A stretch of 64,000 bases of DNA, taken from a virus. The translations under genes were made by a program, and so were the position numbers. The notes beneath the pieces are model-generated. The model did no database searches and had not been told where the DNA came from. It worked only from the letters and a program-made list of their open reading frames with translations. This document shows positions 1 through 10,842 of the stretch, in pieces. The DNA lies in IMG/VR virus record IMGVR_UViG_3300034071_001657. One strand, 5' to 3'. Position 1 is the first letter of the stretch; each line of letters begins with the position of its first letter.

Positions 1-3000
1 CTACTTCGAACACAAATCCACCAGTCACGCTTTGATATGTTTCACTTTCTGTTGGATTTGTGTTCGAAGTAGTGTTCGCAGCAATAATTGGTCTAAAGTC
101 TAAACAATTTTTGAGATCAAAAGTTTCACCAGTTCTTGTGCTGGTGTAAGCAGGAACCTGTGTTGTTCTTATGGTTGTTGATGATGTAGTAGAATCGTTA
201 ATTGGATATGAATCAATTGAAAAATATCCAACGCCCTGAGTAGTGTCGTGAGTAAAATGATCAAAAACAACTTTCAATCTACCTTGAGGAACAACACCAA
301 GTTTAGGAACAATAGCCCCATGACGATATGAATTATCTCTTTGACCATTGTCTAAAGTATAGTTTGATGTTACGATATTGTACGTTGCTGAATTTGCCAA
401 ATCAGGATCATAATCAAATCCAATAAGTGAATCGACAAGAGTAAATGAATTTGCAGTTGCTCCAGGATGCGCCACTGTTAGAGTCATTAATGTATTGCTA
501 GTTATAGTATTGATAACTCTATCAATATCAAAAATTCTAACAGTTTCTCCAGGAGACAATTCTACCGAGAATAATGTTCCTGTTCCTTCTACCGTGGTAT
601 TTGATCCTGTAATAGTAACCGTTCCAGTTAGTGAAGTGAATGCATCACCCTCGGTTTCATATATTTCCTTTATCCGATAAATATCGCCATAACCTAAGGA
701 GTAAGGTCCTGATAGTCCTTGAGGATGTGTATTAGGATTAATACTAGTTTCAGTATTTGCAACTAGAATTTTTTTCTTTTCTCTAGCATTTGATCTGTCC
801 ATCGTGGCAATAACAATTGCCTGAAAATTAACTGCCTCGTTTAACTCAATTGATACTGTACTAGGAGAAGATATTGAAACGATTCTTGCAGCAGACTGCC
901 CATTTCCCGACAATGAGATTGGTTTACCTGCGGGGAATTCTTTATAGTATGCGGCACCAGTTGCTCCCGCAGAGTGTGATTCGGTCAATACCAGATGTGT
1001 ATTGTTGGAAATGGATGCAATTTGAATGCTTATATTATTTGCCTTAATTACATCACCGACATTCAATTGTGTAGTAAACGTTGTAGAAGTTCCGACAACA
1101 ACATTAGAAGACGCCGAAATTGTAACCGTGCCAGTTAAAGCTGTCGTATTGGCAGTTGTTTTTGGAATGACAATAAAATTATCATTTCTTTGTGCTGCAC
1201 TAAGTATTCCTGTGCCGACAAAAGTTTCGCTGGCATCAGTAGTAACAATCGATGCTGGAGTGCTTGCAGTAAATGAAATATTATCGAATTCTTTTTTAAA
1301 TCTAAATCCAGACTCTACGTTATTATTTTCATCACGAATTGTCTTAATACCATCGTATGGCAATTTAAAAATTAATTTGTCAAATGCGGTTTCTCTTAAT
1401 GTCGCGTCACCGAAAGCATCCAATACGATGTCAGCAAAAGTATTTGGTGTGTCTGAAAAATAAATTGAGCGAACGTCAGCAAAATTTTCGCCACTATTCA
1501 TTGTCACATCATACAAATACAAATTGTAAATAGCACTTGCGGTTCCTGAAGTTCCGCTGTAGTATTCTATAGTTTTAATTCTTGCTTCACCAATCTTACT
1601 TCCGGCCAATGATGTTGAACTGTAAGTGTTATTTGATATTGCAATCTGTGGAGTATCATACAAATCAACAATTTGATTATCATTAACGCTAAAAGCACCG
1701 ACGTATTCTTTAATTGGAATATAACCACCTAGAACTAGCTGAGTTTTTACTTGTTCAACTAATTGTGTATCTAAGCCTTTTCTTACTGAAACACCACTCT
1801 TAATAACTAATTCGTTTCTAAATCCTTTTACGTAAGATACAAATGGGTCGACATCGATCCAAAGCAAATCATTATTTCCGCCTTCAGCGGCAGAGTATCT
1901 TCCGTTATTTGAATTTTGATTTAGATGTTCTCTCACAACAACTTTTGGATCGGATAATGTGTAGTTTCCAGACTCTTCAAATGTTCGAACGGCAATTGCT
2001 TCTTCAAGTTTGCCTTCTAAACCTTCGAATTTTCTTTTCTTTACAATACCATTATCGACTTCTAATAAAGAAATGAAATCTGTTTCATCCGTTTCTACAC
2101 CAAGTTCAATCTTTGTTAACACCGTGTCAATTTTTAAACGGTCTGCGCCTGGTGCTTGAAAGTTTGGTGTTCCTTGTGCATTGTCAACAAGTGTTGTATC
2201 CTCAATCGAATCTATAAATGTTTTTGATGGAACAAAACCAACTTTATAAGATGGTAGATTTTTATACTTGTCGAGAACTAATGTTTGTTTGGTATTTTTT
2301 ACGAAATGATCTGCTACGTAGATGATACCATCACCAATTGTGATCTTAGAGCCTTTATCGTAAATAACTTCTGTTGCCAACCCTTCATTTTCAATGAATC
2401 GAGTTGCATTTGTTGCTAGTGTATTTGCAAAAGATTGATTTGTTGTTTCAAGAACATTGTTTGCAAATAGATTTTTTGTGATAAGAGTTTCTGCGTTTTC
2501 GAATATTGACGATGTTCTCTTATCAACAGAATTTGAAATTTGAATTCCAATTAAACTAGAATCAAGAGTTCTTACGGTTGCTGTGGTAACTTCAGAATTT
2601 GCCACATCCAATGATGGTGGCGATCCTTTTATACCAGAAACGTAAATTTTGTAAGTGTTATCGACACTTGTGTCTGTGTATGCTTGAACAATTCCAGTAT
2701 TGCCGCCGGCGAAAGTTACTTCTCCGCCGATGACAATTCTGTTTCCAACTGATCCAATCGAATTAGCAGTTAATATGACAGACCCTGATGAAACGTAGTT
2801 GATAAACAAAGTTTTAGGATCGTTTCCTTCGATATCACTGACGATACCGCAAAATGCAGTAATACCAGTATTAGCACCAAAGAATTGAACACCATTAAAA
2901 TCTTCAACATCAACTTCAGAACCCTTATAGGTAGACTCTATCTTAACATATGGCAAATTTAAGTCTAGAGTTTGTTCGCAACCGTCAAGGATAGAACCTT

Positions 3001-3181
3001 GTTTGAAAAAATAGTTTGCGAATCTCTCAACTTGTTTTTGCTGATATGTTTGAGCCTGCGAGAGTTCTCTCGCCTGAACTGCACGTCCAGGACGATAGAG
3101 AACCCTTACAAACTTCTTATCCTCATCATAATCATCAAAGTAAGGACTACTGTTTAGGTCTACGCCACCAGGATTTGACAT
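1..3181 (-). CDS. Large virion structural protein, DUF4815/VrlC-like (3' end runs off the window)
   Basis: N-terminus read manually from ATG at 3181: MSNPGGVDLNSSPYFDDYDEDKKFVRVLYRPGRAVQARELSQAQ; NFQAPGADRLKI motif further in; lies downstream of gp8. Absent from the ORF track, presumably because its stop is outside the window. Confidence 0.85.
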   Translation of the reverse strand, partial: MSNPGGVDLNSSPYFDDYDEDKKFVRVLYRPGRAVQARELSQAQTYQQKQVERFANYFFKQGSILDGCEQTLDLNLPYVKIESTYKGSEVDVEDFNGVQFFGANTGITAFCGIVSDIEGNDPKTLFINYVSSGSVILTANSIGSVGNRIVIGGEVTFAGGNTGIVQAYTDTSVDNTYKIYVSGIKGSPPSLDVANSEVTTATVRTLDSSLIGIQISNSVDKRTSSIFENAETLITKNLFANNVLETTNQSFANTLATNATRFIENEGLATEVIYDKGSKITIGDGIIYVADHFVKNTKQTLVLDKYKNLPSYKVGFVPSKTFIDSIEDTTLVDNAQGTPNFQAPGADRLKIDTVLTKIELGVETDETDFISLLEVDNGIVKKRKFEGLEGKLEEAIAVRTFEESGNYTLSDPKVVVREHLNQNSNNGRYSAAEGGNNDLLWIDVDPFVSYVKGFRNELVIKSGVSVRKGLDTQLVEQVKTQLVLGGYIPIKEYVGAFSVNDNQIVDLYDTPQIAISNNTYSSTSLAGSKIGEARIKTIEYYSGTSGTASAIYNLYLYDVTMNSGENFADVRSIYFSDTPNTFADIVLDAFGDATLRETAFDKLIFKLPYDGIKTIRDENNNVESGFRFKKEFDNISFTASTPASIVTTDASETFVGTGILSAAQRNDNFIVIPKTTANTTALTGTVTISASSNVVVGTSTTFTTQLNVGDVIKANNISIQIASISNNTHLVLTESHSAGATGAAYYKEFPAGKPISLSGNGQSAARIVSISSPSTVSIELNEAVNFQAIVIATMDRSNAREKKKILVANTETSINPNTHPQGLSGPYSLGYGDIYRIKEIYETEGDAFTSLTGTVTITGSNTTVEGTGTLFSVELSPGETVRIFDIDRVINTITSNTLMTLTVAHPGATANSFTLVDSLIGFDYDPDLANSATYNIVTSNYTLDNGQRDNSYRHGAIVPKLGVVPQGRLKVVFDHFTHDTTQGVGYFSIDSYPINDSTTSSTTIRTTQVPAYTSTRTGETFDLKNCLDFRPIIAANTTSNTNPTESETYQSVTGGFVFEV

Positions 3182-3196
3182 ATTTTTTTACTCTAC

Positions 3197-4471
3197 TTAG
3201 AATTCGATAATTAGCTTAACGTCTTCGATCTGATCTGCCGCTCTGGAGATTGGGCTTCTGTTTTCAACGTAAAGAACGTCACCGCTGTATGAATCAAGTC
3301 CAGGATTGTTAACAGCAGTAATTGTTCCAGTTGTTGCAGAAGTTGATCCAGTGATTGTCTCACCATTAGCAAAATCTTTTGGAAGAGGCTTGGATGTGTA
3401 TAGATATTTATTTGTGTTGTCCCACTCAACAACCTTAGCCGTGTTGCTTCCAACAGTTACTGTCTCGTCTAGTGTGAAGCTAGCATTAGCATCAGGCACG
3501 GTGTAACGATAAGTAAGTCTGTAGTTTGTTGCTAAAGCACGATCCGTTGTTCCATATGTATATGGGTCGCGGATTAGACCAATCTTTCTGAAATCGTTTC
3601 CAGTGCTGATTGTGTTTGACTCGCTGCCGTCCAAACGAACATTCAACATAACAAATTTTCCACCCAACTCTTCGATTGCGTTTGCGCCGTGACCATTTCT
3701 TGGGCTAATGACTGGACGCGCTGTCGCACCCGCTGAGCCACCAGCACCAGAAATTGATGCGGTTGCAAATGTATATCCAGTTCCGTTATTTGTAACTGTA
3801 ATTCCAGTGACTGCACCGCCAGAGACTGTTGCAGTTGCTGTTGCACCAGAACCATCGCCATTGATGGTGACTGTGGTATTTCCTGAGAAATATCCAGAAC
3901 CACCAGAAGTTACTTTAACTACGTGAATACCGCCTTCAACAGCCGCTGCGGCGACTGTTCCATCTGTTCTAACTGGAATATAATCATTCGTTAGAAACTT
4001 GAGGGCATCCGCAGTTGAGATGGTGTACATATACTTCCAAATATAACCATCGGCGGCAGTGAATGGTGTTGCTGATGTGCCAGTTGGCTTTACTGTTGAG
4101 TTTCCGCCATCGGCATTAAACAAGCACTTGTAAACTTGGTACTCGTCGGTGACAACATAGAAATCATCGTCGAGAATGTTTGTGTCTGTGTCATCGTACA
4201 TGTCATAGACTGTACCAGTTGTCCAATTGTAGCGATCAATAACATGAACCACATCTGAAGACTGAACACGTTTTGCGCCGATGCTGTCTCTCCATGGCTC
4301 AAATTCAATGTTTGCCGTTGAATTGGTTGGTGTTGGTGGGCTGAAATCGTCAACGAATGGACTTGTGCCGCCGACGTAAAGATACATGATTGTGTTTGAT
4401 GCCTCAGAGAATGCCTCGACAAATTGTTCGGCATTGTGTACTCTGAATTTACTTGTTGCAATAGCTGCCAT
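3197..4471 (-). CDS. gp8: Baseplate wedge subunit gp8-like
   Basis: FYVVTDEYQVYKCL, DGYIWKYMY and C-terminal YVENRSPISRAADQIEDVKLIIEF motifs. Confidence 0.9.
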   Translation of the reverse strand: MAAIATSKFRVHNAEQFVEAFSEASNTIMYLYVGGTSPFVDDFSPPTPTNSTANIEFEPWRDSIGAKRVQSSDVVHVIDRYNWTTGTVYDMYDDTDTNILDDDFYVVTDEYQVYKCLFNADGGNSTVKPTGTSATPFTAADGYIWKYMYTISTADALKFLTNDYIPVRTDGTVAAAAVEGGIHVVKVTSGGSGYFSGNTTVTINGDGSGATATATVSGGAVTGITVTNNGTGYTFATASISGAGGSAGATARPVISPRNGHGANAIEELGGKFVMLNVRLDGSESNTISTGNDFRKIGLIRDPYTYGTTDRALATNYRLTYRYTVPDANASFTLDETVTVGSNTAKVVEWDNTNKYLYTSKPLPKDFANGETITGSTSATTGTITAVNNPGLDSYSGDVLYVENRSPISRAADQIEDVKLIIEF

Positions 4472-4497
4472 CTTATTCTCCTTTTGTAATTACCATA

Positions 4498-4505
4498 TAT
4501 TTATA
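4498..4505 (-). promoter_or_regulatory. T4-type late promoter TATAAATA upstream of gp8
   Basis: tatttata on + strand, 27 nt upstream of the gp8 start. Confidence 0.7.
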
Positions 4506-7500
4506 TGGCCACTTCTTTGTATGCAGACGCGCCTGAGTATGTGCCTGCTGGGTTGACGTTAATTGTCATAAACTCTGTATTTGAAATACCTGTAATAATA
4601 AACTTTTCACTTCCTACTATCAGACTACTATTATTCGAATAGTCTGATGTAAAACTTGTTCCAGTTCCTATCACACTGTTACCAGAAATAGTGATGGTTC
4701 CAGAAATTTTTACATTCTTTGTTACTGACTTTTGACCAAACTCCGATTCGAATGTTTTATTTTGCTCGTCTTGAATCGGCCTATTAGCCAAAGTTGCAAT
4801 TGTTGTGTCTCCGTAAGTTATTGTATTATTTCTAAATGGATTAAAATCTTGTACCTTAGCTAAAGAAGCAATTTCAGATTCTACTTTATTTATTCCCACA
4901 AAATTTTGTTCTGAGAATAAATTTATATCCGTTGGTATTTTATTGACATATTCCGCGGATATAGAAGAACTTAGATTTTCAAAGAGAGGTATATTTAAAA
5001 TCAATTCTCTTGATTGATATGGATATAGTATAATATCATCTAATACAATTTCAACAACTGTTTCTAGAACTTTAACTTGACTTTCCCATGTTGTGGTAGC
5101 ATCAACATATATTTCTAATATATTTACTCGCTCAGTGATTGTTTGTATAATTTCTGAAACAGGAAGAAGTTCAAATCTTAAGATAGTTTCTCTGTGATAT
5201 TGCGTCGATTTAGCTGGTTCTGGTATAATATCAATTTCATATTTTATAAAATTATTTGTTTCTACATTAGTTTCTAACTGAAATTTGTTAACATATTCAG
5301 AATCGGTATTTAAGGTTTCTGCTAAAAATTCAGATGGAAATTCAATTCGAAGTTCTTTAAACTCATCTGATTGAAGATTGGTTTCAAGTTCAATTATAGC
5401 AACGGTTTCGTTGATTTCAATTTGCCCAGTTACATCCGAATAGAGATGCACTTTGTTGACGTATTCAGCATCTGTGGACAGAATTTGCGAACCGGCTTCT
5501 GAAAATACATTAAGTTTAAATTCAGAATATTCAACCGTGACAAGATTTGTCTGCAATTCAAGTTTATTTACTACTTCAGAAGTATCAAATTGTAAACCTA
5601 AATTAGATTGATTTTTTACCGAGACAATATATTCGGCGTCTAGAGATAATGATTCTGGTACAATCGCCGGAGCAATTTTAACTTGAAGTTCTTTGAAATC
5701 ATTAATTTGAAGATTTGTTCCATCTAGAATAACTTCAAGTTCAATCTTAGTGGCAGACTCAACGACTTGAATTTGACTATACCAAGCGGTAGTTAAATCC
5801 AAATATAGTTCTAGTCTATTTACATATTCGGCGTCTAGAGATAATGATTCTGGTACAATCGCCGGAGCAATTTTAACTTGAAGTTCTCTATTATTGGCAA
5901 TCTGAAGATTTGTTCCATCTAGAATAACTTCCAGTTCAATCTTAGTCGCAGACTCAACGACTTGAATTTGACTATACCAAGCAGTGGTCAGGTCAAAATA
6001 TAACTCTAATCTGTTTACATATTCGGCATCTAGGGATATTGAACCAGGTAATATCGACGGAGAAATTTCTATTTGAATTTCTCTATCATTAGACAACATT
6101 TCTACCGATATTGGTAAGTCAATTCCAACTTCAAGTTCAGTTACAGGATTAACCGAAACGTTTTCGTCTAAAATAACCTCTATTTTATAATTAGAAAAAT
6201 CATTTACGATGCTTAAATTTCGTTTCTGTAAGTTAATATCAACTTCAACAGTCTTTGGCACAAAGTTGGACGTTACTACGGCGGGACTAACGTAAATTTC
6301 TAGTTCGCTAAATCTTCTAACAATAGATTCGATATTTTGAACCGAGGCATCAACATATAACTCAAGTATATTGACAAAATTTGCAGCAGGTATAATTGTT
6401 AATGTGACCTGTAATTCTGTAGGTCGAGTTACAACCATTTCTGTAGATTTTTCTACTACAGAATTAGCTATGTAAATTGGTACAACATTACCTCTAAACT
6501 CTGCACCAACTGGATTGGCCGAGCTTCCCCAAATTCTGTATCGTTTATAAACACTTTGAATTGGTTCAGAGACTCCGATGGGCACAAGGGAAGAAATTGC
6601 AGACGGAAAGTCAATGATGGTAAATGCAGTTGGACTTAATCCGCCAATGATAGATTGAATAGAAATTTCACCGAAGAATTCTAATCCAGCAGGATGGACT
6701 AATTCCTTAACTAATGAATCATATCGATTTAATGTTAAAGCACTCTTAATTACGTATGAAAAATCTTGGTAAAATAATGAATCTTGAATAACTCGATAAT
6801 CAATTTTCCCATCGTCATTGATAAATCTTCCAGATGAAATACCTGTTCCAGAAATAACAGCAGTAAGATTTGCATTTCCATCGCCTGATATTGTTGCATC
6901 AATTGAAACACTGCTGTAGTCAATACCAAAATCAGAAATCTCTACGGCTCGAATAGAACCAATACCTACAGAATTATTTGCAACGTCTACCTCAACATTT
7001 GCAGAATTTCCTTGTATGTCTTCAACTGTAAATTGTGCATTGGTTCCAGTTCCAGAAGTTACTGAAATTGATACAGAAGATAAATTTGCAGTCGAGTAAC
7101 CAAATCCAAATCCTGATGCGACATTAGAAGAATCATACAATTCTATTCGTAAAATAGGGCCATTATTCGTCCAGTCTTCGCCCTTTAATGCACTCGATTT
7201 TCCATTAATCGTTGTTTCTTGAATGAGAACAAAAGAGTCTTCAAACAAAATATTATTTGCACCATATGGCTCAGTATTACCAACTGATGCTACGACACCA
7301 TTCGCAGAAGTTGTCGGAGAGCCTCCAGAAAATACTAACGAATCTCCAACAGAATAGTTGTTTCCAGAATCATCAATTGTAATTAAATTTTCATGAAGAC
7401 TTCCAAGATTTTTAACTGTACTGTCAATTAAAGTTACAGTAGGAACAGAAGAGTATCCCGATCCTCTGTTTAAAATAGATACTTTTGAAATTTCTCCGAC

Positions 7501-8622
7501 ATTATATTGATTAAAGCCACCGCCGCCTACTGGTTGAAGTATCGTATAAGTATTTGCAAGTTCCGTTACTTTAATGTAAAGTCCAGAACCTCCAGTACCC
7601 GCATTATTTACGGTCGCAAGTGTTCCTAATCTGTATCCATAACCAATGTTATTAACTTTGATTTTATTGATCGGACCATCGCTAACAGAAGAAACCGATG
7701 CCGAAGCCTCAAAGCCATCTCCAGAAATAGCTAATGAATCGCCAACATTATAACCCGAACCACCATCATTAATAATAACTGAAGTTAACATTCCATATGT
7801 CGTGGTGTTCGCAACTTCAGTATTGTTGACTGCAAAAATTGTTTCGTCTGCGGAAAATGTTCCCGAAACTAGACTGAGTGTAAATTCTGCGAATTGAATT
7901 CCACCAAGAAAAGTTAATTTAATATCAACAACATTACCTACCGCGCCACTTGTTGCTCCACGAATTGTTTCATTTAAAAATCCAAAAATATCATCATTTG
8001 CAACGACTCTGAGAACAATCGTCTTTTCAAATTTTCCATCAGAAACTCTTAGTAATTCTTCTCCAGGATATCTAAATTCAATATTTTCTCCGAATACTGT
8101 TCTGAATAAAAATCTGTAAGCCTCTTCGGTGCTTTTTGATTCGTATAAATTTCTAAGTTTTGCGACTAATTGCCGCCTATCGGTTTCAGTTTCTGTCGGA
8201 TATTGATTATTAAATTCCGATTTCAAATACTCTAGATATTTTCCAGACGCAAATTCTGGAATTTTATTTCGTAATAAATTTGCAGCATGTTTTAAAACAT
8301 TATCTTTTATGTCATTTAAAGATGCAGTCGCGCTTGATATTTGACCAGTTAAAGTTTCTTTTAAATCAAAAGTCTTTAATGAAGTTGCCTTTACAATGAT
8401 TGCGTCATCTTTGATAAGTCTTACTATACCTCTAGCGCCTGAGGTGGATCCGATTACAATTTCATCTTTCTGAAAAGTTCCAGAAACAGAAGATATGGAA
8501 AGTTCAGTGGTTTGTAACCATTCGTAATATAATTCTAGAAAAACTAGAAATGCTTCGTCATCTAAAACTGGAGAAATATTCTCCAGTAAAAAATTTGGAT
8601 TTAAATAAACTGCATTTGACAT
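4501..8622 (-). CDS. Baseplate wedge protein gp7-like with long repetitive C-terminal extension
   Basis: Lies between gp6 and gp8; FLELYYEWL, IQDSLFYQDFSYVIKS and LVHPAGLEFFGE motifs. Confidence 0.75.
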   Translation of the reverse strand: MSNAVYLNPNFLLENISPVLDDEAFLVFLELYYEWLQTTELSISSVSGTFQKDEIVIGSTSGARGIVRLIKDDAIIVKATSLKTFDLKETLTGQISSATASLNDIKDNVLKHAANLLRNKIPEFASGKYLEYLKSEFNNQYPTETETDRRQLVAKLRNLYESKSTEEAYRFLFRTVFGENIEFRYPGEELLRVSDGKFEKTIVLRVVANDDIFGFLNETIRGATSGAVGNVVDIKLTFLGGIQFAEFTLSLVSGTFSADETIFAVNNTEVANTTTYGMLTSVIINDGGSGYNVGDSLAISGDGFEASASVSSVSDGPINKIKVNNIGYGYRLGTLATVNNAGTGGSGLYIKVTELANTYTILQPVGGGGFNQYNVGEISKVSILNRGSGYSSVPTVTLIDSTVKNLGSLHENLITIDDSGNNYSVGDSLVFSGGSPTTSANGVVASVGNTEPYGANNILFEDSFVLIQETTINGKSSALKGEDWTNNGPILRIELYDSSNVASGFGFGYSTANLSSVSISVTSGTGTNAQFTVEDIQGNSANVEVDVANNSVGIGSIRAVEISDFGIDYSSVSIDATISGDGNANLTAVISGTGISSGRFINDDGKIDYRVIQDSLFYQDFSYVIKSALTLNRYDSLVKELVHPAGLEFFGEISIQSIIGGLSPTAFTIIDFPSAISSLVPIGVSEPIQSVYKRYRIWGSSANPVGAEFRGNVVPIYIANSVVEKSTEMVVTRPTELQVTLTIIPAANFVNILELYVDASVQNIESIVRRFSELEIYVSPAVVTSNFVPKTVEVDINLQKRNLSIVNDFSNYKIEVILDENVSVNPVTELEVGIDLPISVEMLSNDREIQIEISPSILPGSISLDAEYVNRLELYFDLTTAWYSQIQVVESATKIELEVILDGTNLQIANNRELQVKIAPAIVPESLSLDAEYVNRLELYLDLTTAWYSQIQVVESATKIELEVILDGTNLQINDFKELQVKIAPAIVPESLSLDAEYIVSVKNQSNLGLQFDTSEVVNKLELQTNLVTVEYSEFKLNVFSEAGSQILSTDAEYVNKVHLYSDVTGQIEINETVAIIELETNLQSDEFKELRIEFPSEFLAETLNTDSEYVNKFQLETNVETNNFIKYEIDIIPEPAKSTQYHRETILRFELLPVSEIIQTITERVNILEIYVDATTTWESQVKVLETVVEIVLDDIILYPYQSRELILNIPLFENLSSSISAEYVNKIPTDINLFSEQNFVGINKVESEIASLAKVQDFNPFRNNTITYGDTTIATLANRPIQDEQNKTFESEFGQKSVTKNVKISGTITISGNSVIGTGTSFTSDYSNNSSLIVGSEKFIITGISNTEFMTINVNPAGTYSGASAYKEVAI
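5628..6040 (-). repeat. Internal 195-nt (65-aa) tandem repeat in the gp7-like gene
   Basis: attcggc(g/a)tctag recurs at 5631, 5826 and 6021; peptide SLDAEYVNRLELY.DLTTAWYSQIQVVESATKIELEVILDGTNLQI is duplicated. Confidence 0.9.
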
Positions 8623-8623
8623 G

Positions 8624-10447
8624 TTATCTTCTGACTAAACTTATTTGTGTATCATCTTGTAAACTAATATCAATATCTGAATCTCGTATTGAAAGAATTT
8701 GACCTCTTAATGGTAATACATCTAAATTGGATGGATTTGCATTTATTTTTAACGTAACGCCACCATCAGCAAAGGCGGTTGGATTGAATGAATTTAAAAT
8801 AATTCTACCCGTCGAATAATTTATAGTACCGGTGTTCTGTGATACGCCAATGTTCGATGCACCAACTGCTCGATATATTCTTATAATTCCATTGTTATCT
8901 TCTAAAAAGCAATTTGAGAATCCGTTATATGTAAATGCGTTCGACGTTATCTGATTTCCAACACCATATGGATGCGAAGTTGGTCGACCAACAGTTCCAG
9001 AATTGATTGGATTTGAAAAGTTTAATACATAACGACTCGGAGAACCCAATTGAATATCGGTTTCTTTTCGTAAAACAACTCTCATTATAGTATTTAATAT
9101 TGATCTTTCGCAAGTGTCAACTAATCTAGAAAGTTTTGAATATCTGAAATAACGTGAGAATTGATTAATTTCATTGTCATTATAATTTTTAATTATATTG
9201 AAAATTTTTGATTCTAAACTGTCTTCATTTAAAATTGTTTGTGCTGGATCGTAGTTAACTGTCACGTTCAGCAATAGATAGATGAATTCTGGATCGACGA
9301 TTTCGGTAGAAACTGTTAAAACTTTTTTCGGTTTTAATATAGTATTAATAATGGATTGCTTTTCAGTTGCAGTCAGAGCAGTTCCTGTTGTTGGTTTGAT
9401 AGCGATATAAACTTTTCCGTATGCCGGAGGATCATTATCTTCCCCGCCCCAAACGGTAACCGATCCAACATTTGATTCTTTCAACAATATGGCAGTATAA
9501 TCTTCTGCCGTAACGGCTCTATTTTGTGCTGAAAAAGCTTTTGGTGCAGTAAACTTTATTCTATCAATAGAGTCTCTATCATCACCACCCGCCGATGGCG
9601 AGTTTGGTGTAAAATCAATCGTTGTTACATTTGTAATTGTAGATGCATATGTCAAACTACGAATGTTGTTTGCCGATTTTCCAGATGACACAAGATATTC
9701 AAGATAAATTACGTTTCCGTTTGTCGGAGCCAGGCCCAGTATGCCATCACCAAATTTTACTTGATATTTACCATCCTCAATTTCTTCTAAGAAATATACC
9801 AATGAAGTTGAGCTAAGTTCTACAAAATTATCAGCGAGAGTAAAAACTCTCGTTGTATCATCAGACGTTGAATTTAAAACTCGTACGGATAAAGTCGATG
9901 TGTCGGCTAATTCATTATTGATAATGAATCTCTGATCTTTATCGGAAGTATTTACAACATAACGTTCGCTTGCAAAGACGCCTTCAACTAACGTTATATC
10001 TTCTGCAATATATTCTGAATTTGCATTTGCAAAAATCGTCACACCAGTTTCAGTCAAAAACGTATATGATTGTCCATCCAATGATGCAGAAAATTTAGTG
10101 TATTTCGGAAGAGTGTATGATGCAGTATTTGCAGAAACTGTTAATTCTACGGTTCCAGTAATTCTGGATGACGTTGTTGATCTTGGAGTATAGTTTAAAG
10201 TTTTTGCCAAATTTACAACAGAATTTCTTTGCTGTGCTGTGGCTAAAGATGTCTCAGTAGACATCATGTTCAGATAAAAAGAATTGTAATATGTGTTATA
10301 TGCTAAAACGTCTAACAGAACCGCTAGACCAGAACCTTCAAAATTATAATCTTTAAACTGATCTTGATTAGATAAAAACTGTTTTAGATTATCTCTAATT
10401 TGTTCATATGCTAATCCATCTACTTTTAAATTTGTTGGTGTGGCCAT
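8624..10447 (-). CDS. gp6: Baseplate wedge subunit gp6
   Basis: FKDYNFEGSGLAVLLDVLAYNTYYN, AQNRAVTAEDY and WGGEDNDPPAYGKVYI motifs. Confidence 0.95.
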   Translation of the reverse strand: MATPTNLKVDGLAYEQIRDNLKQFLSNQDQFKDYNFEGSGLAVLLDVLAYNTYYNSFYLNMMSTETSLATAQQRNSVVNLAKTLNYTPRSTTSSRITGTVELTVSANTASYTLPKYTKFSASLDGQSYTFLTETGVTIFANANSEYIAEDITLVEGVFASERYVVNTSDKDQRFIINNELADTSTLSVRVLNSTSDDTTRVFTLADNFVELSSTSLVYFLEEIEDGKYQVKFGDGILGLAPTNGNVIYLEYLVSSGKSANNIRSLTYASTITNVTTIDFTPNSPSAGGDDRDSIDRIKFTAPKAFSAQNRAVTAEDYTAILLKESNVGSVTVWGGEDNDPPAYGKVYIAIKPTTGTALTATEKQSIINTILKPKKVLTVSTEIVDPEFIYLLLNVTVNYDPAQTILNEDSLESKIFNIIKNYNDNEINQFSRYFRYSKLSRLVDTCERSILNTIMRVVLRKETDIQLGSPSRYVLNFSNPINSGTVGRPTSHPYGVGNQITSNAFTYNGFSNCFLEDNNGIIRIYRAVGASNIGVSQNTGTINYSTGRIILNSFNPTAFADGGVTLKINANPSNLDVLPLRGQILSIRDSDIDISLQDDTQISLVRR

Positions 10448-10448
10448 G

Positions 10449-10838
10449 TTATCTCGTTCTTGAAATTACAGTTTCTAATGTTTGTGGCACTGGAGAGTTT
10501 TGCGCATAATATGCTATTTTTAAACTAATACCAACTCTATCTACAACGTCGCTTTCAATTGATATCAATGTTACTCTTGGTTCGTATTTCTGAATTGATC
10601 TTGCTAATTCTTCGTTGATTTCCACTTCTGTTGATGAATCAGCATGTTCAAAAAGATAATTATAGATTCGTGTGCCGTAATCTGGTCTAAAAGGCCTAGT
10701 TCCTACTGGAGTCTTAATTAAATTAAGAAGAGCCCTTTTTATTGCGTTTTCATTTTTTAGAACTGGTATATCAAGTGTAATCGGATTTGCAATAAAATTA
10801 AGAGGTAAATCAGAAAAGAAAACCGTGTTAGTTGCCAT
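10449..10838 (-). CDS. gp25: Baseplate wedge subunit gp25
   Basis: AIKRALLNLIKTPVGTRPFRPDYG...YEPRV motif. Confidence 0.92.
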   Translation of the reverse strand: MATNTVFFSDLPLNFIANPITLDIPVLKNENAIKRALLNLIKTPVGTRPFRPDYGTRIYNYLFEHADSSTEVEINEELARSIQKYEPRVTLISIESDVVDRVGISLKIAYYAQNSPVPQTLETVISRTR

Positions 10839-10842
10839 TTAT

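Noticed and set aside
495-3926. + strand ORFs opposite DUF4815/gp8, and - strand ORFs opposite the tape measure gene
   Set aside because: Antisense shadow frames of real genes, with no SD or motifs
5628-6040. Near-identical repeats as DGR template/variable regions
   Set aside because: Tandem in-frame copies, differences not adenine-specific, no reverse transcriptase in the window
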